A stretch of 64,000 nt of DNA, from assembly GCA_041690395.1 (NCBI GenBank), contig JAWLHJ010000005.1:1-64000 (forward strand). The letters are read 5' to 3'. The position numbers and the translations under genes are program-made. The DNA is from Longimicrobiales bacterium (lineage in GTDB: Bacteria > Gemmatimonadota > Gemmatimonadetes > Longimicrobiales > Gaopeijiaceae). Numbering within the stretch: the stretch's first letter is position 1; each line of letters begins with the position of its first letter. Under the pieces are notes generated by a model. That model did not search any database. It was not told the origin of the DNA and saw only the letters and a program-made list of their open reading frames with translations. Positions 48,326 through 60,379 of this stretch are shown here, piece after piece.

Positions 48326-49018
48326 ATGCGTCGCGTGGCCACACTCTACCGCACCACTGTCGGGATCAAGGTCCTGATGGCGGTGTCGGGAGTCGTGCTT
48401 TTCGGGTTCGTGTTCACCCATATGCTGGGGAACCTGAAGATGCTGTTCCCCGTCGACGCGGCGGGCCACTACCCGATGGACGTGTACGCGGAGCACCTGC
48501 GCCAGTTCGGGTATCCGTTCCTTCCCGAGTACGGGATGCTGTGGCTGGCCCGCGTCGGTCTGCTCGCCGCGGTGGTCTTGCACGCTGCGTCGGCCATCTA
48601 CCTGTGGCGGATCAGCGCCTCGGCGCGGACCCAGCGCTACGCGAAGAACGACGACCTGAGCCTCTCGTACGCTTCGCGCACCATGCGCTGGGGCGGCGTG
48701 ATCGTGCTCCTCTTCATCGTGTACCACATCCTGCACTTCACGACCGGTCAGGCGCATCCGGACTTCGTGTACGGCGCCGTGCACCAGAACTTCGTGAACG
48801 CCTTCACGAACCCGCTGGTGTTCGGCGTCTACTTCGTCGCGCAGGCGGCGCTGGCCTTCCACCTGCACCACGGGGTGTGGAGCTTCTTCCAGACGCTCGG
48901 TCTGAACCATCCGAAGTACAACCGCTTCCGCCGGGTCTTCGCCACCGCGTTCGCGATCGTGGTCTTCGTCGGATTCATGACGCCCCCGACGCTGGTCCTG
49001 ACCGGCGTCATTTCTTAG
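48326..49018 (+). CDS. sdhC: Succinate dehydrogenase cytochrome b subunit
   Basis: HMLGNL, His-bearing TM helices, [11 protein letters not shown]. Confidence 0.93.
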   Translation: MRRVATLYRTTVGIKVLMAVSGVVLFGFVFTHMLGNLKMLFPVDAAGHYPMDVYAEHLRQFGYPFLPEYGMLWLARVGLLAAVVLHAASAIYLWRISASARTQRYAKNDDLSLSYASRTMRWGGVIVLLFIVYHILHFTTGQAHPDFVYGAVHQNFVNAFTNPLVFGVYFVAQAALAFHLHHGVWSFFQTLGLNHPKYNRFRRVFATAFAIVVFVGFMTPPTLVLTGVIS

Positions 49019-49079
49019 ATCCCAGAGCCGTGCGCGCGTTCGCTCGCCTGCACTCCAGCCGAACAAGGTCCGTCCAGCC

Positions 49080-50996
<1,917 letters not shown>

Positions 50997-50997
50997 G

Positions 50998-51768
50998 ATG
51001 AAGCTGACCCTGCACGTGTGGCGACAGAGCGGAGCCAAGGACACGGGCCGTTTCGAGCGCTACGAAGCGGCGGACATTTCCGAGCACATGTCGTTCCTGG
51101 AGATGCTCGACGTCATCAACGAGGAGCTCACCCGGGACGGCGGAGAGCCGATCGCGTTCGAGCACGACTGCCGTGAAGGCATCTGTGGCTCCTGCGGCAT
51201 GATGATCAACGGCGTGCCGCACGGTCCGAAGTCCATGACCACCGCCTGCCAGCTCCACATGCGCTCGTTCAAGGACGGCGACGAGATCTGGATCGAGCCG
51301 TGGCGTGCGACGGCCTTCCCGGTCATCAAGGACCTGGTGGTCGACCGCAACGGCTTCGACCGGATCATCCAGGCCGGGGGCTACATCTCCGTGCGCACGG
51401 GAAGCGCGCCGGACGGCAACGCCGTCCCGATCGAGAAGGACAAGGCGGACGCGGCGTTCGACGCGGCGACCTGTATCGGCTGCGGCGCGTGCGTGGCCGC
51501 TTGCCCGAACGCTTCCGCCATGCTCTTCACGTCGGCGAAGGTGGCGCATCTCGCGAGCGTGCCGCAGGGGCAGCCGGAGCGCTACGGACGGGTGCTCTCC
51601 ATGGTCGAGCAGCACGACGACGAGGGCTTCGGGAACTGCACGAACCACGGGGCGTGCGAGATCGCCTGCCCCAAGGGGATCAGCATCGACTACATCGCGC
51701 AGCTCAACCGTGACCTGGTGAAGGCGACGCTGAATGCGAAGCCGGTGGAGACGGGCAAGGACGCCTGA
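50998..51768 (+). CDS. sdhB: Succinate dehydrogenase Fe-S subunit
   Basis: [27 protein letters not shown]. Confidence 0.96.
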   Translation: MKLTLHVWRQSGAKDTGRFERYEAADISEHMSFLEMLDVINEELTRDGGEPIAFEHDCREGICGSCGMMINGVPHGPKSMTTACQLHMRSFKDGDEIWIEPWRATAFPVIKDLVVDRNGFDRIIQAGGYISVRTGSAPDGNAVPIEKDKADAAFDAATCIGCGACVAACPNASAMLFTSAKVAHLASVPQGQPERYGRVLSMVEQHDDEGFGNCTNHGACEIACPKGISIDYIAQLNRDLVKATLNAKPVETGKDA

Positions 51769-51785
51769 CGTCGGCTGGATGGAGC

Positions 51786-54455
51786 CTACCCACGCGACCC
51801 TCGTTCCGCCTCGGCCACGGCCACCCGGACTCGCATGAGTGCGTCCGGCGTGACCGAGATGGACGTCATGCCGCAGTCCACGAGGAAGGGCGGAATCTCG
51901 TCGGGGTGGTCGGACGGCGCCTGTCCGCAGATGCCGATCTCGAGTCCCCGCTCCGTGAAGCTCCTGGCGGCCTGACGCACGAACACCTTCACGGCCGGTG
52001 AGCGAGCGTCGACGAGGGGCACGTACCCCTCCAGGTCGTCCCGGGACAACGCGTAGACCGTCTGCACGAGGTCGTTCGAGCCGATCGAGCCGCCGGTGAG
52101 CTCCATCGCGTCGATGAAGCGTTCCGCTTCGATGACGTTGGACGGGAGCTCCACCATGAGATGCAGCGGCACCCCCGCGTCCGGCGAGAGCCCGTGGCGG
52201 TCGAGCTTCTCGACGACGCGGGCGCCTTCCTCCGGTGTCCGGCAGAAGGGCACCATGAGGTTCAGATTGTCCAGTCCGAGGCGCTGGCGGACCATCCGCA
52301 GCGCGTCGAGCTCCATGTCGAAGGCCGCGGCGAAGGTCTTGTCCACGTATCTGGCGGCGCCGCGCCAGGCGATCATCGGATTCTCCTCGTGGGGCTCGAA
52401 GAGGCGCCCCCCGAGTAGATCGCGGTACTCGTTGGACTTCAGGTCCGAGAGTCGGACGAGAACGGGGCGGGGGTAGAACGCAGCGCAGATGAGCGCGACG
52501 CCGTATCCGACCTGGTCGACGAAGAACTGCCGCCGATCTCCATATCCCGGTGTACGTCGCTCGATCGCGCCCAGCAGGGTGGCGAGCTCGTGGGGGTCTT
52601 CGGCCTCGAGACGCTCCCGGTAGGGCTCGAGCTCGTCGACGAGCTGGCCCGTCGAGGAAAAGTCCCGCAGCTCCTCGTAGTAGGCGAGGGCGAGGGGGTG
52701 GATACCGACCTGAGCGGTCAGAATGAACTCGAGGCGGGCGAGCCCCACGCCGTCCGCCGGCAGCATGGCGTCGGAGAGCGCCTTCCCCGGAAAGCCGACG
52801 TTCAGCTTGATCAACGTGCGAAGCTCCGGAAGGTCGTCCATCGTGACCTCCTCGATCTCGAAGTCGTGCAGTCCCGCCAGCACCAGCCCCTCATCTCCTT
52901 CGGCGCAGGTCCCGGTGACCTCCATCAACGGCGTGAGCAGCTTGGTCGCATCCTTGCATCCGACGATGGCGGGAATCCCGAACTCGCGAGCGACGATTGC
53001 CGCGTGGGACGTGCGCCCTCCCTTCTCGGTGATGATCAGGGAGGCGTCCTTCATGAGGGGCTCCCAGTCGGGCGTCGTCATCTCGGTGACGAGCACGTCG
53101 CCCGGGTCGAAGACGTGATCGTCCCGGTCGATGTCCTCGAGCTGCTCACCCGCGATGAGACGGTTGCGGAGCTCGCGCTTCCGGACGATGACCTCCTCGT
53201 AGTCCTCGTAGAGACGGACCTTCCCCTTCCCGATACGTGTCCCGACCGCGTGGCCGCGGGCGACCACCTTTCCGTCTGCCTCGAGCTGCTTCAGCACGGA
53301 CGGATCCATGCGGTAGGTGCGCATGACCGATGCCCCGGTCCCCCCGGCGTGCACCGTCTCGGGCCGGGCCTGCACGATGAAGAGCTGCCCCGAGTACCCG
53401 TCCTTGGCCCACTCGATGTCCATGGGCCGGCCGTAATGGTCCTCGATCGTGATCGCCATGCGCGCGAGCTCGACCGCTTCCTCACGCGTGACGGACCATT
53501 GCCGCTGCCTCGCCGCGTGCACGTCCACGCTCTCCGTGGTCGTGCCTCCCTGCGACGAGTAGACCAGCTGCTTGTCCTTCGCCCCGAGCTGTCGGTGGAC
53601 GACCGAGCTGAGGCCTCTCCGAATCCCTTCCTTCCAGAGCACGACCGTGTCGGGTGACACGGTGCCCTGCACGACGAGCTCCCCGAGGCCGTAGGAGGAG
53701 GTGACGTGCACCACGTTGGGATTTCCGGAGTCGGGGTCGAGCGTGAACATGACCCCTGACGTGGCGATGTCGGAGCGGACCATCTTCATGACCACCACCG
53801 CGACGCCGCCCTCGAGCGGGTCCATGTCGCGGCGGATCTGGTAGCCGATGGCGCGCTCCGTATACGCCGACGCACAGCATTTCCGCCAGGCCTCGCAGAC
53901 GTCCTCGATGCCGCGGACGTTCAGATAGGAGTCGTACTGTCCCGCGAAGGAGGCCATGCTCGAGTCCTCGCGGGTGGCGGACGACCGGACGGCCAGATCG
54001 ACTTCGTGTCCGTATTCGCGTTGGAGCTTCTCGTGGGCCTCCGCGAGCCCGTCGGCGATCCGCTTCGGAATCGGTGTGGCCAGGACGAGCGCCCTGGCGA
54101 GCGAGGCGCGCCCGTGCATGTCCACCTGGTCGGTGACGTCGGCCCGTTCGAAGATCCGCGTGAGCGCGCTCCTCAACGTGTCCTGCCCCACGGCGGAGGG
54201 TTCCCAGCGGAGCGCATCCTGGGGGATATCCTTCCAGGTGCCCTCCGGGACGGCGGCGTCGAGGAAGGTCCCGTGGGCCGCGACCGTCGTCGCGAACCCG
54301 TTGGGGATGCGCACACCCTTCCCGGTCAGGTCCTGGTACATCTCCCCGAGCGATGCGGCCTTGCCCCCGACCGTTCCCACGTCTTCGGAGCGGACCTCCT
54401 CGAACCAGAGGATCAGGGGGCGAGTCGCGATGTCCGGGGTAGCGTCCTGGGTCAT
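51786..54455 (-). CDS. ppsA: Phosphoenolpyruvate synthase
   Basis: GGKAASLGE, AVRSSA, GGRTSHAAI, GICGQAPSD; ATG after GGAGG. Confidence 0.93.
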   Translation of the reverse strand: MTQDATPDIATRPLILWFEEVRSEDVGTVGGKAASLGEMYQDLTGKGVRIPNGFATTVAAHGTFLDAAVPEGTWKDIPQDALRWEPSAVGQDTLRSALTRIFERADVTDQVDMHGRASLARALVLATPIPKRIADGLAEAHEKLQREYGHEVDLAVRSSATREDSSMASFAGQYDSYLNVRGIEDVCEAWRKCCASAYTERAIGYQIRRDMDPLEGGVAVVVMKMVRSDIATSGVMFTLDPDSGNPNVVHVTSSYGLGELVVQGTVSPDTVVLWKEGIRRGLSSVVHRQLGAKDKQLVYSSQGGTTTESVDVHAARQRQWSVTREEAVELARMAITIEDHYGRPMDIEWAKDGYSGQLFIVQARPETVHAGGTGASVMRTYRMDPSVLKQLEADGKVVARGHAVGTRIGKGKVRLYEDYEEVIVRKRELRNRLIAGEQLEDIDRDDHVFDPGDVLVTEMTTPDWEPLMKDASLIITEKGGRTSHAAIVAREFGIPAIVGCKDATKLLTPLMEVTGTCAEGDEGLVLAGLHDFEIEEVTMDDLPELRTLIKLNVGFPGKALSDAMLPADGVGLARLEFILTAQVGIHPLALAYYEELRDFSSTGQLVDELEPYRERLEAEDPHELATLLGAIERRTPGYGDRRQFFVDQVGYGVALICAAFYPRPVLVRLSDLKSNEYRDLLGGRLFEPHEENPMIAWRGAARYVDKTFAAAFDMELDALRMVRQRLGLDNLNLMVPFCRTPEEGARVVEKLDRHGLSPDAGVPLHLMVELPSNVIEAERFIDAMELTGGSIGSNDLVQTVYALSRDDLEGYVPLVDARSPAVKVFVRQAARSFTERGLEIGICGQAPSDHPDEIPPFLVDCGMTSISVTPDALMRVRVAVAEAERGSRG

Positions 54456-54564
54456 GCCTGGCCTCCTGCGCGTGGGTTGCGATGGCCAGAGTGGGCGGTT
54501 GGGGGCCAAAACGCCAGGACCGCTCGCCGGGACGGGGCCCGGCGGAGGACTATGGCGCCGGGAG

Positions 54565-54894
54565 CTATCGCCCCTGGTTCGCGGCGAGCGGGGCCGCCCA
54601 ACGGTATGTCTCGAGATCGATCCGTCCGTCGTCGAACACGACCCCCTCCGCTTCCAGAGCCGCGCGCTGGATCCGCTCCGAGACGGGAGATCCCGGGCGC
54701 CTCGAGATCCGGCCCTGCGCGTTCACGACCCGGTGCCAGGGCATGTCCGAGTCGTCGGGGAGTGCCGCGAGCGCGTATCCGACCTGGCGCGCCCGTCCGG
54801 GCAGGCCCGCCAGCGCGGCCACCTGGCCGTACGTGGCCACGCGGCCCGGCGGCACGCGTCGGACGACCTCGTAGAACGTCTCGTATCGTCTCAC
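54565..54894 (-). CDS. Alkyltransferase-like (Atl/YbaZ) MGMT-family protein
   Basis: GRVATYGQVA, PWHRVV (Trp replaces the catalytic Cys). Confidence 0.9.
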   Translation of the reverse strand: MRRYETFYEVVRRVPPGRVATYGQVAALAGLPGRARQVGYALAALPDDSDMPWHRVVNAQGRISRRPGSPVSERIQRAALEAEGVVFDDGRIDLETYRWAAPLAANQGR

Positions 54895-55133
54895 GGGGTG
54901 TCGGGATGGTCGGACGTGTCCGCCTGCTCGCCAGGCTCGAGCAGCGCACGATAGAAGTCCCGCTCCTCCTCGAGCAGGAGCAACCGGCGATTGAGGTCCT
55001 CGACGGTGCGCTCGAGGGCCCCGTCGTCGGGCCGCTCCGGAGGGAGTTGGACGGGACGACCGGCCCGCGCCTTCACCACCTCTCCGATCGTGGTGATCAA
55101 CACCAGAATGACGACGAACTCGAAGATGCCCAC
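54891..55133 (-). CDS. Small membrane-anchored coiled-coil protein
   Basis: N-terminal TM helix; RLLLLEEERDFYRALL. Confidence 0.7.
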   Translation of the reverse strand: MGIFEFVVILVLITTIGEVVKARAGRPVQLPPERPDDGALERTVEDLNRRLLLLEEERDFYRALLEPGEQADTSDHPDTP

Positions 55134-55139
55134 GTCGCG

Positions 55140-55781
55140 CTACCTCCCCTGTCGCTCCTCGATGGACGGACCATCCGCCCGTGCTCTCGATCCGCTCCGG
55201 GCGAGCCGGAGCTCCAGGTGCCTTCGTACGTCCCGCCACTCGGACTCCAGGATACTGAACATGACCGTGTCGCGGACCGTGCCGTCGCGGCGGGGCTGAT
55301 GGTGTCGCAGCACTCCGTCCTCACGCGCGCCGAGCGCCGCGATCGCTCGTCGCGACGCGAAGTTGAACGCGTCCGTGCGGAATCCCACGCAACCGCATTC
55401 GAGTCCGTCGAATGCGTGCTCCAGCAGGAGCAGTTTGCACGCGGTATTCACGTGGCTGCGTTGCCAGCGGGCCGCGTACCATGTGTAGCCGACCTCCACG
55501 CGGCTCGCAGCGGGTACGATATCGTGGTACCGGGTGCTCCCGACGATGACTTCGGTCTCGAGCTCCCTCACGGCCCAGGGAAGCATGTGGCCCGCCTCGA
55601 ATCCTTTCCGGGCGGTGGCGATCCAGGCGGGCACCTCCTCCGGGCGCGGCACCGACGTGAACCAGAGCTCCCAGAGTGCTCCGTCGCCGGCGGCTTCCGC
55701 GAGGGCGTCGGCGTGAGAGGGCGCCAGCGGCTCGAGCCGCACCCCGTGGCCTTCCAGCGTAACCGGCTCGGGCGAAATCAC
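55140..55781 (-). CDS. RimJ/L-type GNAT acetyltransferase
   Basis: VEVGYTW, NFASRRAIAALGA. Confidence 0.9.
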   Translation of the reverse strand: MISPEPVTLEGHGVRLEPLAPSHADALAEAAGDGALWELWFTSVPRPEEVPAWIATARKGFEAGHMLPWAVRELETEVIVGSTRYHDIVPAASRVEVGYTWYAARWQRSHVNTACKLLLLEHAFDGLECGCVGFRTDAFNFASRRAIAALGAREDGVLRHHQPRRDGTVRDTVMFSILESEWRDVRRHLELRLARSGSRARADGPSIEERQGR

Positions 55782-57856
55782 GCTCCACCCCCGGTCGCCG
55801 GAGGTCGTGAGGCGAGCGCTCCGCCGATCGCGTCGAGGAGCTCGTCGGCGGTGTACGGCTTGGCGAGACGGCCGCTCACTCCGAGGTCGGTCGTGCCCTC
55901 CGGCGTACCGCCTCCCATGCCGCTGACGGCCACGACGGGGATGTCCGGGGCGACGTTGCGGAGCTCGCGGACGAGCTGGGCGCCGTCCATTCTGGGCATC
56001 GTCATGTCGGTGACCACGACGTCGATGCTGTTGTCCCGGTCGCGGAGAAGTCGGAGCGCGTCCCCGCCGTCCGCGGCGGTGAGAACGTCGTAGCCGAACG
56101 CCTCGAGGGTTTGCTTCGTGATCGAACGGACTGCAGCCTCGTCGTCCACGACCAGGACGACGGCTCCGTCTCCCTGCCAGCGCTCGCCCGTTCCTCCTCG
56201 ACCGTCGGCGGAGCTCTGGTCGGAGCGGGCCGGGAAGTGGAAGCGGAAGGTCGTCCCGCGACCGACTTCCGAGTACACGGTCACGAACCCCCCATGGCCG
56301 CGCACGATGGTCGCCACCGTGGAGAGCCCGATTCCGGTCCCCGCGCCCTCGGCCTTGGTCGTATAGAGGGGGTCGAAGATGTGGGGGAGGACGTCGGCGG
56401 GCATCCCGGTTCCCGTGTCGGTGACGGAGATGCGCACGTACGGGCCCGGCTCCGCGGTTCCGCTCATGGCGGTGTAGTGTCCGTCGATGCGGATGTTCTC
56501 GACGCTGACGGTGAGGCTCCCGCCGCTCGGCATCGCATCCCTCGCGTTCACGAAGCTGTTCATGAGCACCTGGTGGACCTGCGTGCCGTCACCTTCGACC
56601 GACCATAGGTCGTCCGCCATCTCGGCCGCGAAGCGGATCGTGTCGGGGAAGGTGTCCCTGACCACGCGGCCGGCGTCGCGCACGACCGCGGAGATCTCCA
56701 CCTCGCGACTCCGGGTGTCGACGCCGCGGGCGAACGAGAGCACCTGACGAACCATGTCGGAGCCCCGCTGGGCGCACGCCTCGACGGTCGACAGAGTCTC
56801 CAGGGCCTCTTCGCTCGTGACGTCGTCACGGAGGAGCTCGAGCGAGAGGAGGATCGGGGAGAGCACGTTGTTCAGGTCGTGGGCCATGCCCCCGGTGAGC
56901 GTGGCGATGCTCTCCACGCGCTGGGAGCGGAGGATGCGCTGCTCCAACTGCTTGCGGTCCGAGATGTCCTGGATCGCACCCTGTACGCCGACGATCGCGC
57001 CGGTCCCGTCGCGCATGGGCTCGCCGATGGCGCGGACCCATGCCCGACGTCCTTTCGCGGTGACGATCGCCGCCTCGAGGTCGAACGGCTCGCCATGTGC
57101 CATACACGCTTCGTATGCCCTCTCGAAGGCCTCCCGATGTTGCGGCAGGCAATAACCGGCGGCTTCCTCCAAGGTAGGCTCGTGTCCGGCCGGCACCTCG
57201 TGGATGGCGCAGGTCTCGTCCGACCAGGTGACGACCCGCTCCGGGAGGCGGATCGACCACCCGCCCAGGTGCGCCACCTGCCCCGCGATCCGAAGCAGCG
57301 CGGCCCGGTGCTCCAGCTCCTCCTGAGCACGCGCCCTCTCTCCGAGTTCCTCCTGCAGGGCCCGGTTCGCCTCCTCCAGCTGGAACATCTTCTGTTCGAG
57401 CTTCCTCACGAGGACGCGGTTGTACGCTTCGAGCCGCGATTCCTCGTCACCCGTGGGCTCACGCGGAGGGGTCGGCGATCCCGCCGCGGACGTTTCGTGC
57501 ACCTCGCGGATCCGGGCGAGGAGCGCCTCCGGCTCCGCGGGCTTCACGATGAACGCGTCCGCGCCGAGCTCGAGCGCCAACTCCTCGTCCTGTACCTCCG
57601 TGTAGGTGGCCGTGTAGACCACGAACGGAATCGGGCTCAGCGCCTCGTCGGACTTCCAATGGCGCAACAGCGTGTATCCGTCCATGACCGGCATGAGGAG
57701 GTCGGAAACGACGATGTCCGGTGGCGAGACCCGGGCGGCCTCGAGCGCCTGCTCGCCGTTGCGGGCCCGATCGACCGTGAAGCCGTGTCCCTGGAGCAGC
57801 GCCTCGAGGTAGTAGAGGTTCTCCTCCCGGTCGTCCACCACGAGCACGCGGTTCAC
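55778..57856 (-). CDS. Hybrid histidine kinase (REC-PAS-HisKA-HATPase-REC)
   Basis: AHDLNN H-box, G boxes, two REC domains; GTGA overlap. Confidence 0.93.
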   Translation of the reverse strand: MNRVLVVDDREENLYYLEALLQGHGFTVDRARNGEQALEAARVSPPDIVVSDLLMPVMDGYTLLRHWKSDEALSPIPFVVYTATYTEVQDEELALELGADAFIVKPAEPEALLARIREVHETSAAGSPTPPREPTGDEESRLEAYNRVLVRKLEQKMFQLEEANRALQEELGERARAQEELEHRAALLRIAGQVAHLGGWSIRLPERVVTWSDETCAIHEVPAGHEPTLEEAAGYCLPQHREAFERAYEACMAHGEPFDLEAAIVTAKGRRAWVRAIGEPMRDGTGAIVGVQGAIQDISDRKQLEQRILRSQRVESIATLTGGMAHDLNNVLSPILLSLELLRDDVTSEEALETLSTVEACAQRGSDMVRQVLSFARGVDTRSREVEISAVVRDAGRVVRDTFPDTIRFAAEMADDLWSVEGDGTQVHQVLMNSFVNARDAMPSGGSLTVSVENIRIDGHYTAMSGTAEPGPYVRISVTDTGTGMPADVLPHIFDPLYTTKAEGAGTGIGLSTVATIVRGHGGFVTVYSEVGRGTTFRFHFPARSDQSSADGRGGTGERWQGDGAVVLVVDDEAAVRSITKQTLEAFGYDVLTAADGGDALRLLRDRDNSIDVVVTDMTMPRMDGAQLVRELRNVAPDIPVVAVSGMGGGTPEGTTDLGVSGRLAKPYTADELLDAIGGALASRPPATGGGA

Positions 57857-58245
57857 GATGGCGCCCTCTCCTGGCCGGATTCGGGCAGGAAGGCGCAAAC
57901 GTCGTCGACGAACGTGTCGGGGTCGATGGGCTTCTCGATGTATCCGGAGCAGCCCGCGTCGAGGGCCGACTCCCGATCGCCCGCCATGGCGTACGAGGTG
58001 ACGGCGACGATCGGGACGTTCGCGACGTCCGGGAGCTTTCGGAGCTCTCGGGCCACCTCGTAGCCGTTCATGACGGGGAGCTGGATGTCGAGCAGAATGA
58101 GGTCCGGACGGAGCGAGCGAGCGGTGTCGATCCCACGCGGGCCGTCCGGTTCGGACACCACCCGCAGGCCGTGGCGCTCCAGAAGGAACGTGACCAGATA
58201 GCGGTTCTGCTCGTTGTCTTCGATGACGAGAACGGTCCGGTCCAT
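57853..58245 (-). CDS. Single-domain response regulator (DivK-like)
   Basis: LVIEDN, LLDIQLP, KP. Confidence 0.92.
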   Translation of the reverse strand: MDRTVLVIEDNEQNRYLVTFLLERHGLRVVSEPDGPRGIDTARSLRPDLILLDIQLPVMNGYEVARELRKLPDVANVPIVAVTSYAMAGDRESALDAGCSGYIEKPIDPDTFVDDVCAFLPESGQERAPS

Positions 58246-58249
58246 GACG

Positions 58250-60292
58250 TCACGCGCCATTGTCGAGGGGGAGAGTCACGGAGAATTCGCTGCCTTCGCG
58301 CCAGGCGCTCTCGACGGAGATATCTCCACCCATCAGCGTCGCCAATCTACGGCAGATGGCCAACCCCAGCCCCGTCCCCTCGTGCTGGCGGGTCAGCTCG
58401 GAGTCGACCTGGCGGAACGGTTGGAACAGAACTTCGAGGTCCTCGGGCTTGATGCCGATCCCCGTATCGGCGACGCGTAACGTCACGGAGCCATCGTCCC
58501 GCTCCGCTGTGAGTCTGATGCTTCCTTCGTCGGTGAACTTGATGCCGTTGTTCAGGAGATTCAGCAGGATCTGGTGCGTCCTGCGTGGGTCGCCGTGCCC
58601 GGTGCCGACGTCGGGCGCGATGCTCACGTCGAGTCGAAGGCCCTTGGCGTCGGCGAGGGGCCGGATGGTCTCGGCCGCCTGCTCGACCACTTCGGCGACG
58701 TCGAACGCCTCCCGGCGGATCTCGAGCTGGCCGGCTTCGATCTTGGACAGGTCCAGCACGTCCTTGATGAGCTCCAGGAGGTGCCGCGCGCTTCCCTGGA
58801 CCATCACGAGCTGCTTGCGCTGCTCGTCGGTCAGGGGGCCCGCGAGCTCCTGGAGCACGATGCCGGTGAAGCCGATGATCGAGTTGAGCGGCGTCCTGAG
58901 CTCGTGCGACATCGTAGCGAGGAACGCCGACTTCAAGCGATCTGCGGACTCGGCTCGGACCAGGGCCGTCCTGAGCTCCTCGGTCCGGTCCGCGACCTTC
59001 TGCTCCAGCGTGCGATTGAGCTCGCGGAGAGCCCGCTCGGCGACCCGGCGCTTCTCTTCGGCCCGTTTCTTCTCGGACACATCGATGCCGATGCCCACCA
59101 GGCACTCGCGGCCCTCGAACTGGATCGCTCGGCCCGTGAAGAAGTACGGCGTCTTCGTCCCGTCCCTCGACAGGAAGGGGGCTTCCACGAAAGCCGTGCC
59201 CGTCCGGAAGACCTCCCCGATGCGCTCGACCAGCAGCGGCTGGTCCTCCGGCGCGAAGAAATCGATGGGGTGCATCGCGGCGACCTCGGCCCCGGAGTAT
59301 CCGGAGACCTCCTCGAAGCGGCGGTTCCAGCGCAGGAACTTTCCCTCGGCCGTGTAGAGGTAGAGGATCCCCGGCATGCTCTCGGTCATCGCATCGGAGA
59401 ACTCGCGCTCCCGTCTCGCCGCTTCCTCTGCCTCCTTCCGAGAGGCCTCTCTCGTCAAGGCGTCGAGCGCGAATGAGATGTCCCGAGAGACCTCCACCAG
59501 GAGCTCCACCTCGCGGGCCCGGAAGAAGTCGGGCTCCTCCGAGTACACGCTCAGCACGCCGCGCACGGTGCCGTCCACCCGGATCGGGAACGACCCGCAG
59601 CCGCGGTAGCCCCGCTTCTCCGCCTCCGAGCGCCACAGTCGGGTGACCGGATCGGCCGAGATGTCGTTGCAGACGTAGGGCTCCTCGGACTTGAACGCGA
59701 GGCCCGACGGGCCCAGCCCTTCCGGGCGGCCGTCTGCGTAGATCTCGACCGCGTCGAAGTATCCTTCGTCGTACCCTGCGACCGCCGCCGGGTCGATTCG
59801 CTCGGTGGCCGGATCTCTCCACCCGATCCATGCGGTCCGGAAGCCACCATGGTCCACGAGGGCATCGCATACGCGCTGGAGGAGCGCCGAGTCTTCGTTC
59901 GTGCGAACGATGGCCTGGTTGACCGCTCCGAGCGCCGCGTAGAGCCGTCCGACGCGCTCGGCCTCGAGCTGCGCGGCCTTCCCCTCGCGCTCGCGCTCCT
60001 TGATGGCGACGTAGCCCCGCTCGATGGAGGCGAACGCCCGCTTCACGACGATCAGGAGAAGGAGTGACGTGACGGCGACGAACGCGAGGCCCTTGTATAC
60101 GCTAAGGCGCACGAGGGTCGCGGGGTCGGGCACGATCGCGGCGAGTAGCGCGTCCGAGAAGTAGATCCAGAGGGCGGCGAAGGACGCGTAGGCCAGCGTG
60201 ATCGCCCGCGCCCGCTTGCGTAGCCGGCTCCTCATTGAGGCGCCGGGATCCGGCCGCGGGCCGGCGGGGTCTGGCATGGCCTGGGACTCCAT
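58250..60292 (-). CDS. Sensor histidine kinase (2TM-GAF-PAS)
   Basis: SHELRTPL, NGIKFT, GTGLGL; start codon uncertain. Confidence 0.92.
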   Translation of the reverse strand: MESQAMPDPAGPRPDPGASMRSRLRKRARAITLAYASFAALWIYFSDALLAAIVPDPATLVRLSVYKGLAFVAVTSLLLLIVVKRAFASIERGYVAIKEREREGKAAQLEAERVGRLYAALGAVNQAIVRTNEDSALLQRVCDALVDHGGFRTAWIGWRDPATERIDPAAVAGYDEGYFDAVEIYADGRPEGLGPSGLAFKSEEPYVCNDISADPVTRLWRSEAEKRGYRGCGSFPIRVDGTVRGVLSVYSEEPDFFRAREVELLVEVSRDISFALDALTREASRKEAEEAARREREFSDAMTESMPGILYLYTAEGKFLRWNRRFEEVSGYSGAEVAAMHPIDFFAPEDQPLLVERIGEVFRTGTAFVEAPFLSRDGTKTPYFFTGRAIQFEGRECLVGIGIDVSEKKRAEEKRRVAERALRELNRTLEQKVADRTEELRTALVRAESADRLKSAFLATMSHELRTPLNSIIGFTGIVLQELAGPLTDEQRKQLVMVQGSARHLLELIKDVLDLSKIEAGQLEIRREAFDVAEVVEQAAETIRPLADAKGLRLDVSIAPDVGTGHGDPRRTHQILLNLLNNGIKFTDEGSIRLTAERDDGSVTLRVADTGIGIKPEDLEVLFQPFRQVDSELTRQHEGTGLGLAICRRLATLMGGDISVESAWREGSEFSVTLPLDNGA

Positions 60293-60379
60293 CGGTCGCT
60301 TCCTGGAGGGGGGCTGCTCGGGTCGTCCAACATCCGCCCTCACGAGCAGGCCGCGCAAGGACGGCGCCGACGGGTGCGG

